64,000 bases of DNA from the human T2T-CHM13v2.0 reference genome, Homo sapiens, in NCBI RefSeq assembly GCF_009914755.1, contig NC_060936.1; one strand, 5' to 3'. Each line of letters opens with the position of its first letter. Position 1 is the first letter of the stretch. The notes below the pieces were generated by a model that saw only the letters and a program-made list of their open reading frames with translations, had not been told where the DNA came from and did not search any database. The position numbers and the translations under genes were made by a program. This document shows, one piece after another, positions 45,303 through 59,190 of this stretch.

Positions 45303-46539
45303 GAAGTTATGCAGTGTTCAACAGGAAAATGCATCCCATTAATAGGTAACTTTAATTATTTAAGAATGAAATAAAATTATTTTATTTCAATTTTTATATA
45401 CAGTTTTTCAGACTAAGTTGTTAGGTCATAAATATTTATCAAGTTGCTTAGACCTAATTAACAAATAGCTCTGGTAGGCGTTTCTTTTGGTTTAGGGACG
45501 GGGCACTGAAAAATTTACTGAGACTCTGAGAGTGCCACAAACAAAAAAAAAAGCTGGGTAGTTTTGGACCAAGTTATCTAAGAAATAAATATGCATAAGA
45601 GCATGAGAATAACTGAGGAATATGAAATAAAACTTACATTGGAGATGAATATGCAAGGTACTGGAAATCTAGGGGCATGTGGCAGCAGGTATAGAAATGC
45701 CAGCTGATCCTTGGGGAGGGACTTTTCTGTGGCAGCGTCGTGACAGGGGTAGCGATACATGGCTCCCAGGCCACCTCTCATTTTGCCCCACACTATTGAC
45801 GGATGTCACTGGTCCATTTGGACATACTTTCCCATGGAGTTTACATGCATCTTCAGAATCCTTCTCAACTTAGTGATTCAAGCAACCAGTGATCTATCAG
45901 AGGTGACACAGGAGACAAAACCTACTTACTCTTCCTGTTCTAAGTCAAATTCCCAGCCTTACAGTCTCAAAAACTGAAAATTTCTCATTCTGTCAGGACT
46001 TTTGTAGCACCTGTGATCGAGCCTGTCCCTGGCATGCAGAGTCATACTTAAATAATGAAGGGAATCCATTGTAGGAGCCAAATCCCAACTCCAGAATTTG
46101 TCCCAAGCCCCTGACCTACCCCCTGCCTGCTTTGACAGATACTCTTGGCTTCTCTCCCTCCCACCTCACCCATTCCGTGAAACCTCTTTAGTTGGGAGCT
46201 GGTGTTCAATCTTCTCCTCTGTGTTCAGTCCCCCTGGTCACCTCTAGACTCGCTTTGCTGGTGTTGACCTCAATAGCCCTCCAGGACACGGCTCTTGGGA
46301 TCTATGCCCTGATGTTGCTGGGGTCTTAGGTAGAAGCCCCACCCCTCATTAAGCAATCTCAGGTCCCACTCCTCCCCAAGTCACTATTTCAGGGAGATGG
46401 TTTGGGTTAGACCTTGATGTTCTCAAATTTGGGAGAATTTGCTCAAACTAATAGGACTTGTTGTGATAGGTTAATGTGCTCTGTTAAGATGGATGGATTT
46501 TATTTAGCAGGCAATTGGTGGTTGCTCAGGTCTATCTGG

Positions 46540-47620
46540 GGAAAGTAACTTGGGTTGTATGATGGATAAATTGGAAAGAGAGCGTTCTTAGGAGAAAGGA
46601 CCTGATGTTTTTAGCTGTCTGCAATCTTAATTACAAGCTCTGAGAATATAGGAATAAAAATCAAGTGCTTTTTCTCTTCTCTCCCTCACCAACAATCAAC
46701 ACAGAAGACTTCTGTGACCTCTGGTCACTGACCAGTATGTAGGGATTTCTCCCCACCAACAACCAATCAGTTCTGCAGTGAATGCCAGCTATGTGTCTTA
46801 TAATTCAGCTCTAACACTGTCTACCTGGAGATACCATCAGAACTCAGAGTTGAGCGCTCAGTCCCACAAGACTGTCCTCCACTTGTGATGCCAATCACAC
46901 GCTCCAGACTGTTTGACCTGTCCTTCTGACTGACCGGCTTCAAGTTGGGGCTCTTACGATGCTCTCCTTGGATTTGATTAATTTGCTAAAGTAGCTCCCA
47001 GAACGCAGGAAAACACTTTACTCAACATTTTTTCATTTATTGTAAAGGACACAGATGAAGACATGCATGGGGCAAGGCACGTGGGAAGATTCACGGAACG
47101 TCCAGACCTTCTCTAGATGTTCCATTATCCAGGAACCTCCATATGTTCAGCTATCTGGAAGTTCTCTGAACCCAGTCCTTTTGGACTTTTATGGAAGTTT
47201 CATTATGTAGGCATGATTGACTAAACCCTGGAAGTTGAATGGTGGGGCTAAAGTCTGAACCCTCTAATCCTGCCGTGGTTTTTCTGGTGACTAGGCCCCA
47301 TCCTGAAGCTCCCTAGGGGCTGCCAGCCACCAGTCATCTCATTAGCATAGAAAGATACTTATTGCTTTGAAGATTCCAAAATTTTAGGAGTTCTATGCCA
47401 GGAAATGGGGATGAAGAGCAAGTATATAGTTCACTTTCACAATATCACACGAGCCAATCCATAATGGGGCTTCATGGCTGCACAGCAGTCCGATGTCAAC
47501 ATGCTAGAGAAATTTAGCATACATCTCCAGAAAGGACATATCTGTTCTCTATCCTGCACTGGTCAGACTCTGTCTGTGTTGCACTGTTCAGTTTCAAGAG
47601 TCAGATTTAAAACAGACGAC
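46540..47620 (+). mobile_element. L3/CR1 fragment split by MER21
   Basis: GAAAGGACCTGATGTTTTTAGCTG ... CTGCACTGGTCAGAC...CACTGTTCAGTTTC match CR1 RT-region motifs. Confidence 0.55.
46641..47449 (-). mobile_element. MER21-family solo LTR
   Basis: Right end TCACAATATCACA; internal CTCAGTCCCACAAGACTG and GATTAATTTGCTA. Confidence 0.85.
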
Positions 47621-48212
47621 GATGTGACAAAGACTCTCTCTTTGACCAAACTTTAGTCAGGCTCCCCTGAGCCCCTTTTTCAGTGAAGCTTCAAAGAACT
47701 TGGCATCCATCCTGACTTTGGCCTGTCTAGCCTAGTTGTAGCAAGAATCACACTAAGTCAGTTTAGCAAGAATCTCTCCACCCTTGATATCTGACCACTC
47801 TGGCCTGCCTTCAGCAAGAACCCTCCTACCCCAAATGTCCCCTATTTTTACTTTTCTATCCACTGACCCCTCACTCTGCCCCTTGGCTATAAATCCCCAG
47901 CTATCTTTGTTGAGCCTGATCTCTCTCTCCTATTGCAGTTTTGAATAAAGTCTTCCTTACTGTTGGGGCTCACAACACCATACCCCAAAATATGGCACCT
48001 TGGAAACTGAGAAGACAGCAGAAGCAGAAAGATCACACTCTGACCTTCTCCACCTTTCTCCCCTGAGGCCATAGAAAGAGTTCTCTGATCTACCTCCCCT
48101 GAAAGTGGGTCATAAGACCTTCATTCCAGAGGGGGATCTGCCCTATAGCCAGGCAGAAGATTCTGAACAAACAGGCCTTGCTAAGTTACCCCAAGTTTAT
48201 TACCATTAGATC

Positions 48213-48545
48213 TGTCAAACAAACAAAATTTCAACATGTGTAGTTTAAAGATCTCATTGACTTTGATTATCAACTCATAAATTGAGCAGTATTCCATCTG
48301 AAGATGAGCTGAGCAGAGGAGATGGGCTTTATAGGCAAAAAAGGCAGAAGAAAGGAGAAGCAAGGAGCAAAAACTGGATTGGTCATCATAAAGTTACTTT
48401 TCTTATAGGCTTAAAACAGAGGGGACTTTCTTATCATGCTGGCTGAAGTAAACTGGGCCCTGTGTAATTGGTTGCTGTGAATCTACTGTTTTTTGGTGCA
48501 GGAACTCAGTCCAAAACAATGGCCTCCCATCAATTTTCTTTAACA
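48213..48545 (-). mobile_element. MER93-like ERV1 LTR
   Basis: Minus strand starts TGTTAAAGAAAATTGATGGGAGGCCATTGTTTTGGACTGAG. TG..CA termini; TSD GATC. Confidence 0.7.
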
Positions 48546-48548
48546 GAT

Positions 48549-48963
48549 TGATGAGGTTTGGATATTTGTCCCTTCCAAATCTCATGCTGAAATGTGATCC
48601 CCACTGTTGGAGGTGGGGCCTAGTGGGAGGTGTTTGGGTCATGGGGGCAGATCCCTCATAAATGGCGTGGTGCTGTCATTATGGTAATGAGTGAGTTCTC
48701 ACTCTATCAGTTCATACAAGAGTTGATTATTTAAGAGCCTGGCACCTCCTCCCCCTCTCTGGCTCCTTCTCTCGCCATGTGACACGCCTGCTCTGCCTTT
48801 GCCTTCCGCCATGATTGTAAGCTTCCTGAGGACCTCACCAGATGCAGATGCTGGCACCATCCTTCTTATAGAGTCTGCAGAAGAGGGCCAAATAAACCTC
48901 TTTTCTTTATAAATTACCCAGTCTCAGGTATTCTTTTGTAGTAAGGCAAAATAGACTAATACA
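48549..48963 (+). mobile_element. MSTB MaLR solo LTR
   Basis: GTTTGGATATTTGTCCCTTCCAAATCTCATG...GACTAATACA. 5-bp TSD CAGAT/CAGGT. Confidence 0.88.
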
Positions 48964-49296
48964 CAGGTCATACCCTTTGTCCTCTAATCACACTTCTGCA
49001 TAACCGTCCATAAAAATACAGTTTCCCTTGGGTCATTGAGTCTTCATTTCTGAAGGCTCTTGTGTCACCTAAAAACTTTGATGAAATAAATTTGTTGTGC
49101 TTTTCTCTTGTTAATCCATCTTTCGTTATAGGGATGTCAGCCATAAATCTTGCAATGGGTAAGGAAAAGATATTACTTTCTCTCCCCTATATTACCATTT
49201 TAACAAGTGTCAGAATAATTTTTTCTTTACCAATTTATACACTATAAGGTGTTCTGAAGGGGTGACCAAAAAGTGAAAATTCTTAAAATCACATTA

Positions 49297-50348
49297 CAGT
49301 TATGTGCTGCATTGTGACGGTCCAGTCAATGATGGACCACATAAGATTATAATGGAGCTAAAGAATTTCCATTGCCTAGTGACGTTGTAGCCATCATAAT
49401 GTCGTAGCACAACAAATTACCTTATGTTTAGGTATGTTTAGATACACAAATATGTAATCATTGTGTTACAGCTGTATCCAGTATTCAGTACAGTAACATG
49501 CCATGCACATTTGTAACCTAGGAGCAATAGGCTAAAGCATATAGCTATAGACTAAAAATAAAATGCTAAGCCCCTACTAACTGAACAGACACTCTCTTGG
49601 CCAAGGAGACCCCAGGAAACCTCAAAAATTGAATTCCCAGCCATGATGGGAAGGGAGGTTAGACATGTCTTGTTATGTCCCCTCTCTTTTGCAGTTTAGG
49701 CACAATTGACCAGCATTAATGTTAGAATAGAGATCATAAGATGAACAAAACAGTCTCTTTGTGACAATAAGACACCACATTATAAACAGGACCTAAGGCC
49801 ATACCGGACAAGGGTTAAGTCACACACCCCTTATAGCTCACTCTGTATTGGTTAACAGACTTCCTTATCTCAACTTCAAACATTCCTTTCTTCTAAGTTT
49901 TTAGACAAAGCTTTACTCCTTTAACCAACTGCAAATTAAAGAATCTCTGAATCCATCTATGACCTGTAAGCCCCCGCCTCCCACTTCAAGGTATCCCACT
50001 TTTGGGGGGCCAAACAAATGCATGACCCCCATATATTTTGATTTTATGACTACCTGTAACTTCTGCTTCCCTAAAATGTATGAAACAGAGTTGTGACCTA
50101 GCTGTCTTGGGACCACTTAGTGAAGGCTTCTTGGGTTTGCACATTTCCCCAGACCATGGTCATGCATATTGGCTCAGAATAAACCTCTTTAAAATATTTT
50201 ACAGAGCTCGGTTTTTCCACTAACATAGGCTAAGTAGGCTATACCATCTAGGCTTGTGTGAGTCCACTCTATGATTTTTGCACAAGGATGAAATTGCCTA
50301 ATGACACATTTCTCAGTATGTATGCCCATCGTTAAGTGATGCATGACT
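49297..50348 (+). mobile_element. Tigger3-family non-autonomous DNA transposon split by a MER4E-like LTR
   Basis: TA-CAGTTATGTG...CATAAGATTATAATGGAGCT...GCATGACT-TA termini. Confidence 0.8.
49546..50225 (+). mobile_element. MER4D/E-like solo LTR
   Basis: Homologous to 601-1595. Ends TTTTCCACTAACA; TSD TAGC/TAGG. Confidence 0.85.
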
Positions 50349-51544
50349 TAGATTTGAGTTAAAGGTTTAGAGTTTTTTAAGCCTTAAATCAATTCTAGAG
50401 GATTGAATTACTAATTTCAAAATTGCATCAGATTGTTTCAATGTTACTTTTAGGGATAAATGTTAAAAACATTAATTCCATAATTAATCACCACAATTTA
50501 ATTTTTGTGTCTCTCAAACTGTTTAGTTGTTTAAAAAAAAGAGAGAAACAAGGAAAGTGAGTGAATCCCATAGGTTTCCAATTAAATAAGCAGTCAATCT
50601 ATAACATCAGAGATATAATTTAAAATAGAGCATGGATTATGGTCTGCCTGTATTTTAGTTTCTTGTGCAGTAGCGGGGCTAAGGGCTAGGAATCTGTCAC
50701 ATGGAGGCATATCTGAAAGTCTGGTGGGGGAATTTCCTTCAGGAGAGGGTCAGTAGGAAAGACCAAGGGAGCCTCAGGGCAAAAGAACTCAGGTTGAGGG
50801 AGGAGAGCTGATGTAGTCAAGCCGGAGTAAAACAGGGACTATACTGCTTACAGGGACTGTACTGCTTATCAGATTTTCTTCATCAGGGACTGTTGAGAGG
50901 GACCTGGGGAGACAGGATGGTAAAAACCAAAACAGTTCTATCAGCAGCTCTAGAAGCTGTTGGAAGAGAATGGCCACTGTACCTCACTCATTCTCGTTTT
51001 CTTCACCCCAAGGAGGCATTTGTTTGGGAACTGCGGCCTTGTGTGGCTCAAGCTCCAGCCGAGGAACAGATGGTGCAGCGAGAGGGTCTTGCAGCAACTA
51101 GACCAAGAAGAAGGACACGCAGATGCCATTTGCTATCATGAGGTCTGTTTCTGCCAGCAGAAGAGTGGAGCTTCACGCCGTGACTGACAAGATGCCTTGG
51201 CCAGCAAAGGTGATGCATTGAACTTAGGTGGAATTTCAAAAGAGCTGAGGTTCCTATAATTGGATGGATAAGACAGGATGTAGGAAGAATAGCTCTAGGA
51301 TTATAACTTTGACTAACTTTATGTTCAAACTGGTGTTGCCAAGGAAAACATGATTACCTTTGTAAAGATATGGGTAGTGATTTTTAAGAGCCTGGGAACA
51401 GATTTATACGTCTTCCTAATCCTAAAACTCCCTGCCTGGTGCAATGCCTTGTACCCATAGGGGTTCATACAATGTTTGTTGATTTAAAGTAGATTTCAGA
51501 AAACATTATACAACAGTCATTTGTCTTTAAATCCAGTTCAGCAG

Positions 51545-51720
51545 CAATTAATAATAATCATAACCCAGGCATCTAGGCAATTTGTGCTCATTGTCTCATT
51601 TAGTGCCCCAGGCGACCCTGTTGAATGAGTACAACCTCCATTGACGAAGTAGAAACAGAGGCTTCCAGGTGGACAGCTTGATAAAGGCAGTGAAAGTCTG
51701 GCTCTCCTCTGCACATAGTA
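51545..51720 (-). mobile_element. MIR
   Basis: TGTCTCATTTAGTGCC...CATTGACGAAGTAGAAACAGAGGCT. Confidence 0.6.
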
Positions 51721-52407
51721 CTTTTGAATGCAGATATGTGTAGACGTCCATAAACAGCAGACCTCAATTGAAAACGGGAAGCCAAGATTTGGAGCCAGGT
51801 CTGTTTGAGCATAAAGTGTATTGTTTCTGTCACTCCTTTCAAAAATGAGGCCTTTCTGAGCTTCCTCTAGTCTGCAAAGTACTGCATGATTGAAGAAAGA
51901 GGGAGAGAGGCTTCTTTGTCTAGAGGCCCACCAAATTGAACTAAACAGACAGCCGAATTTACACACGGAGTACTAGAGACTTCTGAGGAATAGAGATGGG
52001 TCAGAGAGCTCCCTTCATGACTGAGCACCGTCTGTGTGTCAGGTGCTGTTCCATGCACTGGAAACTACAGATGCACAGCCACACTTTGGATCCAGAGCCT
52101 CAGCCTTTTTATGCCTTTATTTTTGCAGCTGTGATATGTATTTTTAGGATTATTTAATGTATTTCTAGACCCCAGACAAGTCAATCTGATTTTAATGCTT
52201 CTCACTCGTGATTTCCTTATAATTTGGTGGATAATTGAGGTACCATGAAATAATAAAAAAAATGTGGATACCTCATGCATAATATATGTTTTTGTTTATT
52301 AATTTATCTTTGTAAAAAAGTAGAAAATGATGAAAAGGCAAAGAAACCATTCAATTCACCTATAATCCTATCACTGGCAATGACCACCTTACCAATGTCT
52401 TTTTTAT

Positions 52408-52483
52408 ACACACACACATACACACACACACACTTACAAAACTAGGATTATTGTCTTGTAAATTTGTGTGTGTGTGTGTGTGT
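52408..52483. repeat. Inverted (CA)n / (TG)n microsatellite pair
   Basis: CA tract 52408-52433 and TG tract 52465-52483. Confidence 0.9.
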
Positions 52484-52549
52484 TCAAATAAAAATAGCTC
52501 TCCCCGCCTCACTATAATCTATGCACATTGTATGAAAACCAGAAAACAG

Positions 52550-52858
<309 letters not shown>

Positions 52859-53299
52859 AAAACCAGAAAACACAGAAATGTGTAAAGAAGGTGTTCTTGT
52901 TTTGTGGGTGAGTCTAAAAGGACGGTTCTGGAGAACTGCCCTGTTTCGTGGGGTTGAGGGACAGGGAGGGCACACTTGGAAGAGGACGACATTCAGGGTA
53001 TGTAAAGCTGTAGACCTGGTCCACGAAGGACTCCCTGCCGCTCAGGGTGTGTGCTTCTTCTTTGCTGTCTCTTTAAACTTTGAGATCATCCTCAGACCAG
53101 AAGGAGAAACCTGGGACGTGGTCCAGTCAGGAAGCTGCTTATAAATAGAAAAAATGGAAAAATCTGCTGGGGGAGAAGCAGGTGAGGGACTGACCAGAGG
53201 CCACATGATCATCATTGAGACCAAGTGCCCAAGACATAGCTCAGGGCTGTGTGAAGGAGTAGAATCAGACCCCACTGTACTCTAATGAGGTCTGTAACC

Positions 53300-53485
53300 C
53301 AGTGGCTCTCAAACTTGAACGTGCATTAAAATTAACCAGAGGGATTGTTAAAGCACAGATCGCTGAGTTCCACTCCCAGAGTATCTGACTCAGTAGGTTG
53401 AGGGAAGGCTTGAGAATTTGTTTTCTAAGAAATGTCCAAGTGATGTGGATGCTGCTGGTTCCTGGAGCACTTTAAAAACTGTCGC
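53300..53485. mobile_element. MER5A
   Basis: CAGTGGCTCTCAAACTTG...TCTGACTCAGTAGGT...GATGCTGCTGGT. Confidence 0.8.
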
Positions 53486-53825
53486 TGTAGGCCAAAAAGG
53501 AATCACAGAAAATTCTACATATGCCTGAGGAGGCTACTGTTTAGGATAGCTTAAAACCCACAGAATGCATTTGTGGGTGGGAGACTGAGAAATAGTAACC
53601 CCTTCTCCTGGGGTGCCTCATACCTGGAGGCTGATCTAGGGGAAGACAAAGATTCCACTGGACCTATGTCAGCGCTCCCCCAGATGCCTTCGGGTGACGA
53701 CCTGAGTGGCTCAGCCTAGCCTGTCATCAAACACTGGGTGGGACTAATAGTTTGGCAGGGCAAGAACTAGGACATCTAGGTGTGTGTTTGATGAGAGGCT
53801 AGGAATGATGAAATGGTAGGAGTGA

Positions 53826-54177
<352 letters not shown>

Positions 54178-54439
54178 GATTTTGCCTTTTTATCATTGTC
54201 TCTATAGAGGCTAAAATAAAAACTCTTTAAGAACAAAACACTTGTGTCCTTAAACAGATCTTTTTTAGAAAGTAAATATAGAATGGTACTGATAAGTGTA
54301 TGTGAATGTGCAAGAGTGTGCATGCACACGTGTTGTTGGAGAGGGGGTGGTATGGACATTTTTCTCCATAACTTTGCACTCCATTCTGGGAGAAAAATAA
54401 CTTTCTCAATAACCAGAGGGGCAGCAACCAGAAAGGAGC

Positions 54440-54705
54440 AGATGGATTAGGTGATCTGGTCAAGAAAGCAAGGACTGTAAGGTGAGAAAGCCTGACATGG
54501 AGAAATGGGGCTGTGAGCCCAAACGACTTTAAATATTTGAAAAAGACAGATCCTTTGGATTATTTTATTTAGATTTTGGGACAAAAATAGGACAAATAAG
54601 TGAAATTATAGAGATGCTAATTTGGAGTTAATAGAAGTATGTTTTTAGTAATTAGAGCTGTCTGACCATAAAATGGACTGCACAAGATAATGAACTTTCC
54701 TAAAT
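54440..54705 (+). mobile_element. L3/CR1 3' fragment
   Basis: CTTTAAATATTTGAA...TAATTAGAGCTGTC...AATGGACTGC. Confidence 0.5.
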
Positions 54706-55659
54706 GAACATATATAAAAATATTAATAATATTATTTACCTGAGTCTTGGCAAAGAACAATTTTCAAAAATGATAAAATTATGACTGTCATTCAGGTAGA
54801 AAATGAATATATTTTAAAGATTCTGCTTAGCTCATCATTTACTGAGGGAATCAGGCAAATATATCATAATTGAGAGAACTCAGAAAGCAGATATAGTTCT
54901 AGATCAGGGATATTAAAATGAATTTTCAGATAGGTACAAAACTGGCTTTTGTCCCTCTACCACCAGATATAATTTATTTGCATGTCTGTAGACAAAATTT
55001 TGCAATGCTATCATTTTTCTGTAAGTTACAGAGTTATAATATAGACTACTCAAAAAAAGTGCATATCCTTATAGAATGAATTTCTGAAGTCTCTAGCATT
55101 TTCGTGAAAGAATATCCAGTAGTCTCTTTTGCTTGTTTTAAAGTGTTAAAATTTTCCTTATAGTCTCCTCTTCTTAGTAAAAATAACCTCAAAAATAGGT
55201 TATTCTTGATCACTAGTTTTTATATTTGGCCTGATTATTTACATGGGCATAACAAGAATGTAAATTTACCATATAGGCCGTGACAAACATATCTAAGTTT
55301 GTTTTGCTGAAAGTTTTCATGAAGAATGTGATTGGACTTTTAAAAGCCTTTATTATTTCCTGAGGCTAGGAAACCAAAGCCAAGAAACTCTCCACTAGAT
55401 TTCACTTGCGGTACCTATAAATTTGGACAAATTCCTTCTCACCTGTAAGACTGGGACCTTTAAGCCAAATACTGGGACAGTTTTCCTGGAAGGGCTTTGT
55501 GATTATTGGCTCCAAACAGGCCATCTTAGTGCCTTAAAAGTGCTTGTTGTAATACCTGATTAAATAAACATTATGCTCAAAAATTGCATTCTAGGTGTTG
55601 GTTGAATAACAGATTTTTCCAATTATATTCTGGTGAAAGGACATATTATTAATGACTCT

Positions 55660-55940
55660 TTATTAGTGTCTTATTGCTGACAAAGCAATACTAATGTAAC
55701 AAATGTCTACAAACTTACTGGCTTAAAATAACACAAATTTATCATTTTACAGTTCCAAAGGTCAGAAGTCTCAGATGGGTCTCAAGGGGCAAAAGCAAGG
55801 GGCTGCATTCCCTCTGGAAGCTCTAGGAGAAAATGCATTTCTTTGCCTTTTCTACCTACATTTCTTGGCTTGTGGCCCCTTCCCTTATCTTCAAAGCCAG
55901 CAACTAAGCATCTACAAATCTCTCTCTCTATTTCTGACCT
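55660..55940 (-). mobile_element. MLT1(D-like) LTR fragment
   Basis: TGGCTTAAAATAACACAAATTTATCATTTTACAGTTC...AGGTCAGAAGTC. Confidence 0.75.
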
Positions 55941-56138
55941 GATTTAGCTGAAAATAGTCAAGTAGACATACAAACTAGAGTAAAAAGTCTAACAAATCAT
56001 TTAGAGAATAGGTCTCTATAATTCAATAATTCATTTACAGAAATCACCAAATGGTCAAACCATAAACCAAATTCCCAGTCATTGCTGTCACCAGTGAGGA
56101 ACAACTTATCAGCCATAAACAAATCAAAAACAAAAACA

Positions 56139-56632
56139 AGCCAGGCATGGTGGTTGCACACCTGTAATCCCAGCAACTCAGGAGGCTGAGGGGAGAGGAG
56201 TACTCAAGCCCAGGAGTTTGAGACCAGCCTGGGCAAAATAGAAAGACCTTGTCTCAAAACAAAACAAAACACAAAATTGGCAGAGGGAAAATTAAAATTA
56301 GAAAAACAAGGAGTAACTTTGGGAGGTTTGAGGCAGGTGAATCACTTGTGCCCAGGAATTAGAGATCAGCTTGGGCAACATGGCGAAACCCTGTCTCTGC
56401 AAAAAAAAAAAAAAAAAAAAAGATATATATATGTATAAAAATATATATAAAATATATAAATATATATATAATATATATATATTAGCCCAATATGGTGGCA
56501 TATGCCTGTAATCCCAGCTACTCAGAAGGCTGAGGTGAGCCTGGGAGGCAGAGGTTTCAGTGAGCTGAGATCACACTGCATTCCAGCCGGGGCAACAGAG
56601 CGAGACCCTGTCTCAACAACAACAACAACAAA
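56139..56632 (+). mobile_element. FLAM monomer (56139-56275) and a 5'-clipped AluJ (56316-56632) with a (TA)n-expanded linker
   Basis: Alu motifs; A21 plus AT-rich tract 56401-56482; (ACA)n tail. Confidence 0.85.
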
Positions 56633-56818
56633 AGCAAGGAGCAAGCAAAGTTCTGTTGTCATTTTGATTTCGCCTCTAAAAATTAAGAATGGATGTGCCT
56701 GGACTTAAGCTGCCCATGAAGCTGCCCATTTCTGTTGATGGAGTTTACCTGGCTCTGTCACGTGAACCCACTGAGCATCTCAGTGGAAGACCTCCAAAAC
56801 TGCTAGAGGATAATTTTA

Positions 56819-57113
56819 GTTTTTTAATTTAAAAAACTTTTTAAAAAATTTTTTGAGACATCACTGTCGGCCTGGCTGGAGTGCAGTGGTTAAGATCTCA
56901 CTTCAGCCTCTGCTTCTGGGTTCAAGAGATTCTCCTGCCTCAGGTCCCTGAGTAGCTGGGATTATAGGCATGCGCCACCACGCCCAGCTAATTTTTGTAT
57001 TTTTAGTAGAGATGGGGTTTCGCCATTTGCCCAGGCTGGTCTTGAACTCCTGAGCTCAAGTGAGCCACCTGCCTTGGCCTCCCAAAGTGCTGGGATTACA
57101 GGTGTGCCTTTTC
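56819..57113 (-). mobile_element. Alu (old S/J)
   Basis: Perfect 16-bp TSD CTAGAGGATAATTTTA (56803-56818, 57114-57129). Confidence 0.92.
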
Positions 57114-57437
57114 CTAGAGGATAATTTTAAGAAAAAGTAAAATCCTGATTCTCCTTCAGATATAAGGTGAATACATGTAAAAGATATTATTTCACTCATT
57201 ATTTACTGAGGGAATCAGGTTGATGGCACAACCAGTTCAAAGGAAAATCCAAAGAACAGACACATATATGGATTGGGAATATTAAAATGAATTTACAAAT
57301 AGATACAAAACTGGCTTTTTCATGGAGGGAGGGGGCATTTTCCTTCCATCAAAAATTGTTTGCTTTGCTAGCATAGTTGTGGTTAAGTGTGCAGACCCCA
57401 AGAGTCATGGCACTTGGACCTGAAGCTGGGAGCCACC

Positions 57438-57615
57438 ATTTTTATTTATTTATTTTTAGAAATGGGGTCTTGCTATGTTGTTCAGGCTAGAATACAGTGG
57501 CTATTCAGAGGTATGATCATTATGCACTACAGCTCGAACTCCTGGCCTGAAGTGATCCTCCTGCCTCAGCCTCCCAAGTAGCTGGGACTACAGGCCCTCG
57601 CCACTGCTCCTGGCT
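57438..57615 (-). mobile_element. FAM (fossil Alu monomer) in a MIR
   Basis: FAM-type CAGTGGCTATTCAGAGGTATGATCATTATGCACTACAGC; monomeric. Confidence 0.8.
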
Positions 57616-57659
57616 GATCCTCCACTTTTAGCTATGTGGCCTTTGGAAAGTGACTAAAA

Positions 57660-57995
57660 CAGGAATCAGCAAACAGCCCAAGGATAAAATCCAGCTGCCA
57701 CCTCTATTTGTAGAGTTCTTAAGCTAAGAATAGCTTTTATATTCTTAAGTGAATGAAAAAAAAAAAAGAAAAATAATATTTTATGACACATGAAAATTAT
57801 ATGAAATTCAAAATTCAGTGCCCATAAAATAAGTTTGGTGGGAACGCAACCATGTTCATTTGTTTGCATATTGTCTATTACTGCTTTCAGTTCTACAGTG
57901 ACAGGGTTGAGTAGTTGTGACAGAAACCATCTAGCCTGCAGATCCTAAAATATTTAATACCTGGTTCTTTACAGAAGAGAGTTTTACAACCCCTG
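57660..57995. mobile_element. MER58B
   Basis: CAGG...CAAAC start; TATGACACATGAAAATTATATGAAATTCAAA; ends ACCCCTG. Confidence 0.85.
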
Positions 57996-58093
57996 AATTA
58001 TCAGTAATATACTTCTCTAAGCCTTGGTTTTATCAATAATAAACTTGTCTAAGCCTTGGTTTTCCTGTAAAGTGAGGATCTAAATGATACTTA

Positions 58094-58399
<306 letters not shown>

Positions 58400-58639
58400 T
58401 TACATCATAGAACTGTGGTAAAAATTCACTGAGATGATGCATAGGAAGCACCTACCGTAGTGCCTGGCTTGTGGTGAACTCTATAACACATAGCTAATCA
58501 GTCCCTCCTGGAAATTGTTTATATAGATACTGGGATATAAATGTTCCCCTTTTTCCTTTGGGGTCTCTAAGTTAGGATGATATCACCTAGAAATGTCTAT
58601 AGTCATGCCTATCTCTCTACCTCTTCCACAAAAATAGCA

Positions 58640-59190
<551 letters not shown>

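Larger units (their letters stand above)
44113..45568 (+). mobile_element. MER119-like hAT-Charlie fossil split by an LTR
   Basis: ACAGGAAATGAGGGTGGTGGTGTCCAGTCTAATTCCAAGGCTTGAGAAG rejoins TTATGCAGTG across the insertion. Confidence 0.75.
47961..49191 (+). mobile_element. MER39/MER34-group LTR
   Basis: TGTTGGGGCTCA...ATACCCCAAAATATGGC start. TSD TTAC (47957-47960, 49192-49195). Confidence 0.8.
47625..49232 (+). mobile_element. MER31-like LTR (outermost of a 4-element nest)
   Basis: TGACAAAGACTCTCTCTTTGACCAAACTTTAGTCAGGCTCC...AATAAAGTCTTCCTTAC resumes as CATTTTAACAAGTGTCAGAATAATT. Confidence 0.8.
54740..57355 (-). mobile_element. Old ERV1 (MER4-group) internal fragment carrying MLT1 and Alu insertions
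   Basis: GAGGCTAGGAAACCAAAGCCAAG..., TTCATGAAGAAT and an internally repeated ATTTACTGAGGGAATCAGG block, as expected for MER4-group internal sequence. No LTRs identified. Confidence 0.55.
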
